A DNA stretch of 64,000 bases from positions 1,088,001 through 1,152,000 of the forward strand of contig CAVQEQ010000001.1 of assembly GCA_963711565.1 (NCBI GenBank). Reading direction: 5' to 3'. This document shows positions 47,754-61,220 of this stretch, piece after piece; the first letter of the stretch is position 1, and each line of letters opens with the position of its first letter. The stretch comes from an uncultured delta proteobacterium. Lineage in GTDB: Bacteria > Desulfobacterota > Binatia > Binatales > Binataceae. Below the pieces are notes generated by a model, which was not told where the DNA came from, did not search any database, and worked only from the letters and a program-made list of their open reading frames with translations. The position numbers and the translations under genes were made by a program.

Positions 47754-47995
47754 CGTCATCCTGACGCAGCGAGCATCGCGAGCGGTAGGAAGGATCTCGG
47801 ACAGCGGCGCGTTAGCGCCGCCGGTTCCGGTTTTGGGTTGCTGCGTCCGATGAGAATGCTGGGGGGCTGGTGCGACGGAGTCAGAAGCGGACCGCTTCGC
47901 GATTTCAAAACCGGAACCGGCTTCGCGTGCGCGAAGCTGTCCGGAGGCCAGAAGCCATGCCTCCCGTCGCTTCGCTCCCGTCGTCGGAATGACAG
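47754..47995. repeat. Family C inverted doublet
   Basis: CGTCATCCTGAC...GCCGGTTCCGGTTTTG / CAAAACCGGAACCGGC...GGAATGAC. Confidence 0.75.
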
Positions 47996-48112
47996 AGGGG
48001 CTCCGCGTTGCTTGTTTTGTCGCGATGACGGAATCGCGCGAAGCGCGCGTCGGAACCTAACCCCTTCCCGCACGGGAAGGGGGACCTGAATATCTCGGAG
48101 TTGCTTGCATTG

Positions 48113-49306
48113 TCAGGATGACGAGGCGCAGCACAGGCGGTCGAGGACTTTGTGAATCATTGCGGGGCCGCGTTCGAAGGCGTCGCGGCGGACGTGCTCG
48201 TTGGGCTGATGCGCCTGCTCGAGGTCGCCGGGGCCGCAGATTAGCGATGTGATGCCGGAGCCGGTGAACCATCCGCCGTCGGTCGCGTAGAGCGCGCCGC
48301 CGGCGGTTTTCGCGCCGGTTACGTCGAACAGCGCGGCTTCCAGGGCCGTTCCGCGCGGTGAGTCGAGGGGCGGCACGACGTTCAGGACGGCCATCTCGAT
48401 TTTCGCGCGACGCTCGCGGCCGGCGTAGTCGTGGCCGTCAACCGCGGCGAGCCGACGCTCGATCTCGTGGTAAACGCCGAGCGGATCGGCGTCGGGCAGC
48501 GAGCGGTAGCTGATGCGCAGCTTGCATTCCTCGGCGATCATGTTGAGCGCGATACCGCCGTTCACGATTCCGAAATTCAGCACGTCGTGCGGCGCGTCGG
48601 GAAAAATCTCGGCATATTCGGCAGGTCGGCGCGCCGTAAGCTCCTGCTGATAGCGGCCGATCGTGTCCATGACTCGAGCCATCACGGCAATCGCGTTGAC
48701 GCCACGGGCCGGCGCGCCGCTGTGGCCGCCGATGCCGCGGACAGTTACCGTGAACCCTACGATGCTCTTGTGTGCGCGCGACACTTCCCACGAGGTCGGC
48801 TCGCCGATCCACGCCAAGCGCGGGACCGAGGTTTCGCCTAGGATTTGCTTGAGCGCGGGCGCGACGCTCTTGGCGCCGAGGCAGCCGATTTCCTCGCTCG
48901 CAGTGAAGACGAATACCAGGGGGCGCGTGAGCCGGGATGAATCGAGCGTGCGCGCCGCGTCGAGGCATTGCGCGATAAAGCCCTTCATGTCGGTGGTGCC
49001 GCGGCCGTAAATTCTCTCGCCCGCGAGCTCAAGCTTGAGCGGCTCGCGTTCCCATCCGGGCTGGCCGTCGAAGGGGACAACGTTAACGTGCCCGGAAATT
49101 ATCAGACCGTCGGCGCGCGGCGGACCAATCCATGCGACGAGATTGGCCTGCGCGACGCCGAACAGCTCGACCGGTTGAATTGCGGTTTTGAATCCTCGCG
49201 GCGCGAGCTGTCCCGCGATGTATTCCATCGCGTCGCGATCGCTTTTGGCGCTGACCGTATCGAACGCGACGAGCCGCTTCGCGACCTCATACAAGTAGTC
49301 GTTCAT
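48113..49306 (-). CDS. argE: M20 family amidohydrolase (acetylornithine deacetylase-like)
   Basis: SGH..VVP, YGRGTTDMKG, EEIGC, IGEPT, GPG..EQAH..NE. Confidence 0.8.
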   Translation of the reverse strand: MNDYLYEVAKRLVAFDTVSAKSDRDAMEYIAGQLAPRGFKTAIQPVELFGVAQANLVAWIGPPRADGLIISGHVNVVPFDGQPGWEREPLKLELAGERIYGRGTTDMKGFIAQCLDAARTLDSSRLTRPLVFVFTASEEIGCLGAKSVAPALKQILGETSVPRLAWIGEPTSWEVSRAHKSIVGFTVTVRGIGGHSGAPARGVNAIAVMARVMDTIGRYQQELTARRPAEYAEIFPDAPHDVLNFGIVNGGIALNMIAEECKLRISYRSLPDADPLGVYHEIERRLAAVDGHDYAGRERRAKIEMAVLNVVPPLDSPRGTALEAALFDVTGAKTAGGALYATDGGWFTGSGITSLICGPGDLEQAHQPNEHVRRDAFERGPAMIHKVLDRLCCASSS

Positions 49307-49497
49307 AATGCCACCCGGACGTGGATGCGGTCAGAAGAATCGCACAATCGGGGTGTTCATCACAAATCGACATCTGATAACACCGCGGAAATACTCATGT
49401 ATTGGGCGAAGCGCGTTCGGGATAGGCAATCGGACGGGCTCGTGGCTAGAATGCTGGGGTCGGGTTGGGAGGTGGTGGGGTGGAAGCGAACGAGTAT

Positions 49498-53127
<3,630 letters not shown>

Positions 53128-53288
53128 CTTTCTACCTCTTTGCCGCCAGGTGAGTGTTGGCGCAACGCCAGCCCAGCGGGTCGGTACGGCCAGTTTAGTG
53201 CGTCTCGCCTGAAATGCACAAATTCCCGGCGTGCCGTCAGGAACGCGAACCCCCGATTGACCCGAATTTAGCTGCGGGCGCGGCTAGC

Positions 53289-53651
53289 CTACTCGCCCGG
53301 ACGCGGCGGAATCGCGACGAAGTTGCCCGGATTCTCAGTCATCGCCTCACGAATATCCGGATGCGCGGAGAAGAAATCGCCGAGTTCGGGATGATTTTTC
53401 GCATAGCCTTCGTTATCGATCAGCGACGGCTTGTAGGCGAGTGCGCGAGCGATGTCGGGATGCTGACTGGCGAAGTCGCTCCATACCTGAAGCTTCTGCA
53501 TGTCCAAGTCGCTCGTGTCGGCGGCCATAAAGATGGTCGTGGTATTTCCGTTGACGACGGTTCCCAGCGTTTTTCCTTCCTGTGCAATCGCAGGAGCCGC
53601 GAACGCGACGGGAATCGCCACCGCGAACAGCAAAGTAGATAAGCGGGTCAT
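53289..53651 (-). CDS. Secreted hypothetical protein, paralog 2
   Basis: Shares AIAQEG.T.GTVVNGNTTT.F.AAD...NPGN.VAIPPR.GE with paralog 1. Confidence 0.8.
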   Translation of the reverse strand: MTRLSTLLFAVAIPVAFAAPAIAQEGKTLGTVVNGNTTTIFMAADTSDLDMQKLQVWSDFASQHPDIARALAYKPSLIDNEGYAKNHPELGDFFSAHPDIREAMTENPGNFVAIPPRPGE

Positions 53652-53703
53652 TTGTTTCACCTCGCCGGTGTTGGATTATCGACAAACCAGTACACCTTGA
53701 GAG

Positions 53704-53719
53704 AGCAAATCTCGTACCG
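53704..53719 (-). promoter_or_regulatory. Putative sigma-54 promoter
   Basis: Minus strand CGGTACG-AGAT-TTGCT (GG-N10-GC) upstream of paralog 2. Confidence 0.5.
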
Positions 53720-53788
53720 AAACTTTTCCGCTCTTTTCGGTTAGTATGTCGGGGACCGCCTACTGAGTATGACGGCATTACTTACATA

Positions 53789-54481
53789 CTATTCGTGTTT
53801 GCCCGATGTTCGCCCCTGCACTATTGGCGCTGATGTTCGAGCACTCCGCGAGTAGTTCAGCTTCGGGGGCGCGGAGGCGCCACCCGACATGATGAAGGTC
53901 ATTGCCTCGTTGATTGTCCAATCAAGCATGACGAGGCGGCTGGTTGGGACCAATTCCATGTAGCCGGAGGTCGGGTTGGGCGTGGTCGGCACGTAAACCG
54001 CGGCAATCTCCTCGCCAGTGTCGGCGTCGTTGAAAATCCTGGTTACCAGGCCGACGGTTTTCATGTCCGGCGAGGGGAACTCTATCAAGACGACGCGTTG
54101 GGAACCGCCGGGCTGGGTCTGAAAGCTGGCGACGAGCTGACGCGCGGCGCCGTAGATTGATTGCACGACTGGGATTCGCGCCATCAGGTAGTCAAACGTG
54201 CCTAGCAGGCGGCGTCCCGCAACGGCAGTCGCAATCTCGCCAAGGAGGTACAGGCCAGCGAGGACGATCGCGACCGAGATCGTTCCTTGAAACCATTCCG
54301 CGGAAAACCCTTCGGCGAGCGCCGGCGAATGAATCCGCAGCCAGGATACGAACGCGCTGACGAACGGACTGCCGAGCGCGACCAGCAGCCCGACCAGGAA
54401 ACTGATCACCCATATGGTGATCCAGATCGGAATGAACGTCAGAATTCCCGCCACGATATTGCGACGGATCTTGGTGAGCAT
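53789..54481 (-). CDS. DUF502 membrane protein
   Basis: RIPVVQSIY, VVLIEFP, VYVPTTPNPTSG, MSGG. Confidence 0.92.
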   Translation of the reverse strand: MLTKIRRNIVAGILTFIPIWITIWVISFLVGLLVALGSPFVSAFVSWLRIHSPALAEGFSAEWFQGTISVAIVLAGLYLLGEIATAVAGRRLLGTFDYLMARIPVVQSIYGAARQLVASFQTQPGGSQRVVLIEFPSPDMKTVGLVTRIFNDADTGEEIAAVYVPTTPNPTSGYMELVPTSRLVMLDWTINEAMTFIMSGGASAPPKLNYSRSARTSAPIVQGRTSGKHE

Positions 54482-54490
54482 CGACGAGTG

Positions 54491-55096
54491 TTACCCTCCC
54501 GCGCGCGCCGGTTCGGCGTAGCGGCGGCGCAGAGCGATCGCGGCGAAAACCGTTATCGCGATCGCGACGACAGCGATCGCGAGCAGCATCCAGATGTACG
54601 CCTCGACTTCGGTGCCAACCACGGCCGCGAACGCGAGCACGATGCTGACCCAATAGAAGCCGCGGTCGAAATGCACGCCCGCCAGGAAGCAGGTGACCGC
54701 GAGAGTCAGCAGTGTCATCAGCGCGACCGCGTCGGCGTCCATCTGTCCGCGCGCGAGTTGCAGGAAAATTATCCGCACGGCGACGATCGGTCCGAGCCAG
54801 TGCAGCCCTTGGGTCAGAATGCGCCACCAAACCGGACCCGGATGAGGCCGGGGTCCGTGCAATTCGTGCCACACGCTCACTAATCCGAAGATCGGGAACA
54901 TCGCGCTCCAGTAAAAGCGCGCTTGCAGATGATTCACGTTCGTCAGGAACAGACCGATCATTACGAGGACGCACAAGGCGCCGATCATCAAGAGCTGTCG
55001 CAGCATCGCGGCTTCGATCCTGCTCGCCCATCGCGACGCAGGCGCCGCCGGCGTCGTCGGATTCGGCGCGACTGTCTGAGATTCCGTTTCACTCAT
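54491..55096 (-). CDS. Hypothetical membrane protein (about 6 TM)
   Basis: Hydrophobic ORF in operon context, LHWLG motif. Confidence 0.75.
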   Translation of the reverse strand: MSETESQTVAPNPTTPAAPASRWASRIEAAMLRQLLMIGALCVLVMIGLFLTNVNHLQARFYWSAMFPIFGLVSVWHELHGPRPHPGPVWWRILTQGLHWLGPIVAVRIIFLQLARGQMDADAVALMTLLTLAVTCFLAGVHFDRGFYWVSIVLAFAAVVGTEVEAYIWMLLAIAVVAIAITVFAAIALRRRYAEPARAGG

Positions 55097-55109
55097 GCCA
55101 ATCGACCTA

Positions 55110-58100
55110 TCACCAGGTATCGATGTTGGGCCGCTTCTTGCCGGCGCGCGGCGCTTTCGGTGGCGTCGATCGCAGGCCCGCGACGATCCATTTGCGCGAG
55201 TCGAGCGGATCGATGACGTCGTCGATCTCGAAATGCGACGCGGTGTTGACCGCCTTGCCGTGGCGGTACATCCGATCGACCATCTCGTCGAAGAGTTCTT
55301 TGCGCTTCTCAGGATCCTCGACCGCCGCGAGCTCGTTGCGGTAGCCGAGCTTCACCGCTCCTTCCAGTCCCATGCCGCCGAACTCTCCAGTCGGCCAGGC
55401 GACGGTAAAAATCGGCGCCTTGAAACTGCCGCCTGCCATCGCCTGCGCGCCCAATCCGTAACCCTTGCGCAGTATGATCGTAAAGAACGGCACGCTGAGG
55501 TTCGAGCCCGTCACGAACATCCGCGACGCGTGACGTACCAGCGCGGTCTTCTCGACCTCCGGGCCAACCATGATGCCGGGAGTGTCGCACAGGAACAGCA
55601 ACGGGAGATCGAAGGCGTCGCACAGTTGCATGAAGCGCGCGGCCTTGTCGGCGCCGTTGCTGTCGATCGCGCCGGCGAGATGGACCGGGTTGTTGGCGAT
55701 CAGTCCGAGCGGAACGTCCTTCGATCCTTATCAGCGCCGTCACCATCCCAGGGCCGAAATGCCGGCGAACTTCGAGCACCGATCCAGCATCAGCGAGAGT
55801 CTCGATAACAGCTCTGACGTCGTAGATGCGGAGTCGATTCTCGGGGATGATCGTACGGAGCAGGCGCTGATCGGCGCATAGCCAGTCGCGAACTTCGCCC
55901 TGAAAGTACGATAGGTACTTCCTGGCTACTTGTACCGCTTCGGCTTCGTCGGCGACGGGAATGTCCACTACGCCATTAGCTACTTGCACCTCCATCGGCC
56001 CTACTTCTTCCGGCCGGAAGATACCCAGTCCGCCGCCTTCGATCATCGCGGGACCACCCATTCCTATATTCGATCCCTTGGTCGCGATTACTACATCGCA
56101 GCATCCCAGTAGTGCGGCGTTGCCGGCGAAGCATCTGCCCGAGTTGATACCTACCAGCGGCACAAGGCCGCTCAATTTTCCCCAGTAGTTGAAGGCCATG
56201 CAGTCGAGGCCGGCGACGCCTAAACCGTCGGTGTCGCCGGGGCGTCCGCCGCCGCCTTCGGTGAAGAAGACCACGGGCAGGCGCGACTTCTGCGCGATTT
56301 CGAACATCCTGTCTTTCTTGCGATGGTTTTGCTGTCCTTGCGTGCCGGCGAGCACGGTGTAGTCGTACGACATCAGGATGCACTGCGCTTTGGATTCGTC
56401 GAACAGGTCGCCGTTGACGCGCCCGATGCCGGCAACCATTCCGTCGGCCGGCGTGTTCTTGACCAGGTCCTCGATCGTGCGCCGCCGCCGCTGCGCGGCG
56501 ATCACGAGCGGGCCGTATTCGACAAAGGTGCCGGGATCGCAGAGGTCTTCGATGTTTTCGCGAGTGGTGCGCTGGCCGGTCTTACGCCGGCGCGCGACCG
56601 CGTCGGGCCGTGAGGCGTCGAGCCCGAGCGCATGACGATTGACGACTTCCGCCAGATCTGGACGCACGCGATCCAGGTTCACCTGCTGGGCTTCTGCGGT
56701 ATCCGTCATTTCAACGTCGGCTTCCTCGATGAAGGCGAGTGGATGTCCTTCGAAGATCGCGTCGCCCTTGGCAACGGTGATCCGCCGCACGATTCCGCTC
56801 TTGTCGGCCGCGATGACGTGCTCCATTTTCATCGCTTCCATCACGAACAGTTGCTGGCCGCGATGAACGCGGTCGCCTTCGCTCACGTCGACCGAAACGA
56901 TCGTGCCTTGCATCGGCGCCTCGATCGCCACCGTGTTTTCCGGCGAGGTGATGTCGTGCACCTGCGGCGTCACGAGTGTAGTGGTCGCCGCAATTGGCGA
57001 CGGCGCACCGCTGCCGGATTTGCCGTGATGGAGCACGGCGAGTGGATCGCTGGCGTCGATCTTTGCGCCTGCACGACGCCCGCCTGCATTCTCGGCACTG
57101 GCTCTGGGAGCCGCAGCTGGACGATCGAAGAACAACCGGCGATGCCCGGATTCCGCGTCGCCAACCAGCGCCGCGATATTGTCCTCGACGAAGCGCGTGT
57201 ACACCCGATTCGCGATGAACTCGGGATGCCGCAGCAGGCTCTGGAGGAATCCGATGTTCGTCGGCACGCCCTCGATTCTGAATTCGCAGAGCGCGCGATA
57301 GGTCCTGGTCACCACGTCGGCGAAGTCCGCCGAGTGCGAATGCGCGATGAGCTTGGCGAGCAGCGAGTCGAAGTTGGGGCTCGTCGTGTAACCCGCGTAG
57401 GCGAACGAATCGATCCGCACACGCGGTCCCGACGGCGTCTCGAACGCGGTGATTGTCCCGCCCGCCGGCTTCGCGCTGCCGTCGGCGCGCATCGATTCCA
57501 TGTTGATTCGCACCTGCATCGCGATTCCGCGCGGTTTCGGAATGTCCGCCTGCTGCATCCCAAGTTCCACGAGTGAGCTGCCCGACGCGAGTTGAATCTG
57601 CAGCTTGACGAGATCGATGCCTGTCACTTCTTCCGTGACGGTGTGCTCGACCTGGAGGCGCGGATTGGCCTCGATAAACGCGAAGCCCGCTTCATCGCTC
57701 GCAGACGCGTCGGCGTTGACGAGAAACTCGAACGTGCCGAGGTTGTCGTAACGCACTTCCTTCGCCATGCGTACTGCGGCGCCGGTCAGCCGATCGCGAA
57801 TCGCCGGCGCGAGTCCGGGGCTCGGCGCTATCTCGACGATCTTCTGATTGCGCCGCTGAATGCTGCATTCGCGCTCCCACAGGTGGCTGACGTTGCCCGA
57901 GCCGTCGCCGATGATCTGGACTTCGACGTGCCGCGCGCGCGGCATCAACTGCTCGACGTAAACGTCGCCGTTGCCGAACGACGCGCGCGCTTCCGACTGG
58001 CAGCGCTTGTATGCTTCGTCGATTTCCTCGACGCGCGAGACGGCGCGCATCCCGCGGCCGCCGCCGCCGGCGACCGCTTTGATCATGATCGAGGCGCCCT

Positions 58101-58554
58101 CGCCCAGCGACGAAAAAAAGTCTCGCACTTCTTCGAGCCTGGTCGGCCCCGAGGTGCCGCGCAGGATCGGCACGCCGCATCGCCCGGCCAGCGCGCGCGC
58201 CTGCACCTTGTCGCCGAACAGCTCGAGCATCTCGGCTCGCGGTCCAACGAACGTGATGTTCTCGGCGGCGCAGCGCCGCGCAAAGGCGGCGTTCTCGCTG
58301 AGAAAGCCGTAGCCGGGATGAATCGCGTCGCAGGCCGCCTCTTTGGCGAGCGCAATAATCTGCTCGCCGTCGAGGTACGCCGCCGCACCGGTGCCGCTCA
58401 GACGGCGGGCCTCGTCGGCCTTGCGGGTGTGGAGCGAAGTGGAATCGTCGTCCGGGAAAACGGCCACGGTGCGGATGCCCATCTCGGCGGCCGCACGCAT
58501 GATTCGAATTGCGATCTCGCCGCGGTTGGCGATCAGAAGACGGTTCGGCGTCAT
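55110..58554 (-). pseudogene. Single-chain biotin-dependent acyl-CoA carboxylase (BC-BCCP-CT) with a +1 frameshift near 55713
   Basis: LIANRGEIA, HPGYGFLSEN, EAMKM, CT motifs; removing one T restores RIEGRPLGLIANNP and joins ORF 55110-55631; may be an assembly error. Confidence 0.85.
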
Positions 58555-58706
58555 AGTTCTCTCGTCTCTTTTGGCGCAGGAATCCCGCGCCTGAACCTGT
58601 ATCTAAAGCATGATGAGCCCGCCGCGTGAAAGCGCTGCAGGTGCTCCTGCAGAAACCTCGTTGAAGCGGGTGCCGAAGCACAGCTATAGTTTTAGCGATT
58701 GATCGC

Positions 58707-59597
58707 ATGCGATTTCGGATCAAACACGTCACTCGATACGTTTACGAACAGCCCGCCTCTCATTCGCACAATGACGTGCGGCTCGCGCCAATCGACGCGC
58801 CGGATCAGAAGCGCGTGGCATTCAGGCTTAACGTCACTCCGGCGGCCGAGATCTCCGAGTATCGAGACGCGTTCGGCAACCTCACGCATTCGATCGACAT
58901 CCAGCCGCCGCACACCGAGCTGGTCATCAGCTCGTCTTCGGTAGTCGATCGGTTCGCGCTGCCGGCCCAGCCTGCGACGCGAATCACGTTTCACGATTAC
59001 CTGATAGATGATTTGGACAGGATGAAGGAATACTCGGAATTTCTGAACCCGAGCCGTTATGTTCCGTTCAGCGATCGCTTGCGAAGATTCTTCTGGTCGG
59101 TGCGGCCTCAGCTGGCCGAGGACATCACGGCGTACACGGAGCGTATGATTCGCTACGTTCGCAATCAGTTTGGCTACGACAGCGGCACCACGCACGTACA
59201 CTCGACCGTCGATGACATACTCACTAGCGGCGGCGGAGTGTGCCAGGATTTCGCGCACCTTAGCATAGGACTCCTCCGGCTGGCTGGAATTCCCGCCCGC
59301 TATGTCTCCGGCTACTTAGCGCCTGATCCACATCGGAAGCCCAACTCGCCGCCGCCCGAACTGGCTAGCCACGCCTGGATCGAGGCGCTTTTGCCTGGTA
59401 CCGGATGGACGGGATTCGATCCGACACATCGCACTCGCACGATGATTCGCCACATAAGACTAGCGGTAGGCCGGGACTACAACGACCTACCCCCGGTGTC
59501 GGGTGTCTATACCAGTTCCGGTGGCAGCCGTCGCATGGCCTATGAGCTGGAAGTAAGTCTCGCGAGCCAGGAAAGTTCTGAGGGCCTCAACGGATAG
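58707..59597 (+). CDS. Bacterial transglutaminase-like protein with N-terminal domain
   Basis: I.H.T.Y.Y, D.FGN, GVCQDFAH, ARYVSGYL, SHAW.E, GFDPT, AVGRDY. Confidence 0.92.
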   Translation: MRFRIKHVTRYVYEQPASHSHNDVRLAPIDAPDQKRVAFRLNVTPAAEISEYRDAFGNLTHSIDIQPPHTELVISSSSVVDRFALPAQPATRITFHDYLIDDLDRMKEYSEFLNPSRYVPFSDRLRRFFWSVRPQLAEDITAYTERMIRYVRNQFGYDSGTTHVHSTVDDILTSGGGVCQDFAHLSIGLLRLAGIPARYVSGYLAPDPHRKPNSPPPELASHAWIEALLPGTGWTGFDPTHRTRTMIRHIRLAVGRDYNDLPPVSGVYTSSGGSRRMAYELEVSLASQESSEGLNG

Positions 59598-59605
59598 GAC
59601 TTCTT

Positions 59606-60484
59606 TCAGGACTTAATCTCTTCGGAACCGTCCAATCGCTTCGATAGGTCTATCGGATCGCCCACTGTTACCTGACCAGGATCGACCTGATAGGCCCATA
59701 CCTCGAACCTGGTAAGGCGCGCGGGTCCATACACAGTTGCAAAGGCGCACTCGACCGCGTCTAACCCATGCGCGATCTTGATCCGCCCTATCCTGGGTTC
59801 GTTGTAGCGCGCATCGAAGACGTGCCATTGGCCGCCTAGATAGACTTCGCTATAAGCGTGAAAGTCCATCGGGGAGCCGGGATCCACATGTCCTATATCG
59901 GGCAGATGACCGGTGACGTAGCGCGCCGGTATGTTGAGCGCCCGGCACAACGCAATTGTGCAATGAGCAAAGTCGCGGCACACTCCATAGCCGCGTTCGA
60001 TAATCTGCGCGGCTGATATGTCGGGTCTTCCCGAAGCAAAGCGGTACTCGATGTTGTTATGGACCCAGTCGGAGATGGCCTGCACCTGAGCGCCCGCGTC
60101 ATATACGTGTCCGAAGTTCTCCCTTGCGAACGCGAATAGCTTGTCCGAATCGCAATATCTGCTTGGTAGGAGATAGCGGAGAAAGGCGGGCTCAAGCGTG
60201 GCGACGGACGGCGCGTTGCCGAACTGGTCGGACTTGTCGGACGCGGTGGACACCTCCACCAGCGCGTCGTGCCGAATCTCGTTTAATCCGGCTTGCAGGA
60301 TCACCCGGTAGGCGACGTTGCCCTCCGCGTCGGCGAACGATTCCGACTTTGCAGCGCTTCCGAAGTCGAGTTTTTCCTGCCTTATAGGACGCTCCGGATC
60401 GAATTTCGGATTTACCAACAGTATGACGGTTGCCGACGATTCGCATTCGAAGTGGATATTGCAGCCGACGCGAACCGTAAGCAT
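59606..60484 (-). CDS. Transglutaminase-like protein
   Basis: YLLPSRYCDSD, GVCRDFAH, MDFHAY.E, FDARYN.PRIGR. Confidence 0.92.
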   Translation of the reverse strand: MLTVRVGCNIHFECESSATVILLVNPKFDPERPIRQEKLDFGSAAKSESFADAEGNVAYRVILQAGLNEIRHDALVEVSTASDKSDQFGNAPSVATLEPAFLRYLLPSRYCDSDKLFAFARENFGHVYDAGAQVQAISDWVHNNIEYRFASGRPDISAAQIIERGYGVCRDFAHCTIALCRALNIPARYVTGHLPDIGHVDPGSPMDFHAYSEVYLGGQWHVFDARYNEPRIGRIKIAHGLDAVECAFATVYGPARLTRFEVWAYQVDPGQVTVGDPIDLSKRLDGSEEIKS

Positions 60485-60485
60485 C

Positions 60486-61109
60486 TTATCCGCCGTTGCG
60501 AACCCGCTCGAAGAAATCAGCGAACAGCGGCAGATAAAGTGGATCCCGTTCGGGATGATACTGCACCCCAATCGCGTAAGGATGCGACCGGATTCGCGCC
60601 TGCTCGACTATATCGTCGCTCGCAGACCACGCCTCGACCTCGATTCCATCGGCTAGCTTCTCAAGCGCCTGGTGATGGGAGCTGTTCACCGCCGCGAAAC
60701 GATGAACCGCCTTCGAGCTGTGCCTGAGCGGCTGGACGTTATCTCTCTCGTAGTTGTCGTGGCCGGGAATATCTATGTGCAAGGTCCCGCCCATAGCTAC
60801 ATTAAGGACTTGCAGACCTCGGCAAATCGCCAGGATAGGTTTTCCTGAAGAAAGCACCTCGCGAGCAGCCTCGAACTCCCACACATCGCGCGCGCAATCA
60901 GTGTCCACAATCAACGACGGTTCCGCGACAGGCTGGCGCAGAAAACCGAGCGAGATGTCGCCGCCGCCGGTCAGCATCAACGCGTCCATCAGTGCGAGAT
61001 CGACCGGATGCAATCGAGCATTGTGCACCGTCAAATGCGGATAACGGCTGAATATAAGGTCGAACCAATGTTCGTCGCATTGGCGAATCCACGTCGCGAT
61101 ACTCGGCAT
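60486..61109 (-). CDS. Peptidase C26 / PuuD-like class I glutamine amidotransferase
   Basis: LTGGGD, RD.WE, AICRGLQVLNVA.GG, VNS.HHQA, GVQYHPE. Confidence 0.9.
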   Translation of the reverse strand: MPSIATWIRQCDEHWFDLIFSRYPHLTVHNARLHPVDLALMDALMLTGGGDISLGFLRQPVAEPSLIVDTDCARDVWEFEAAREVLSSGKPILAICRGLQVLNVAMGGTLHIDIPGHDNYERDNVQPLRHSSKAVHRFAAVNSSHHQALEKLADGIEVEAWSASDDIVEQARIRSHPYAIGVQYHPERDPLYLPLFADFFERVRNGG

Positions 61110-61220
61110 CACTTGAGACTACGGCTGCCGGCCGGTTGTCGCAAATTCATCGCGGCGCCGCTCTTGCGACGAATCGGCGCGCAACCTATGTACTGTGTGT
61201 TCGCGAGGGGGCAGGTGAGC

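Noticed and set aside
11263-48088. Repeats as a CRISPR array or integron attC array
   Set aside because: Dispersed rather than regularly spaced; no cas or integrase gene; no consistent RYYYAAC/GTTRRRY ends
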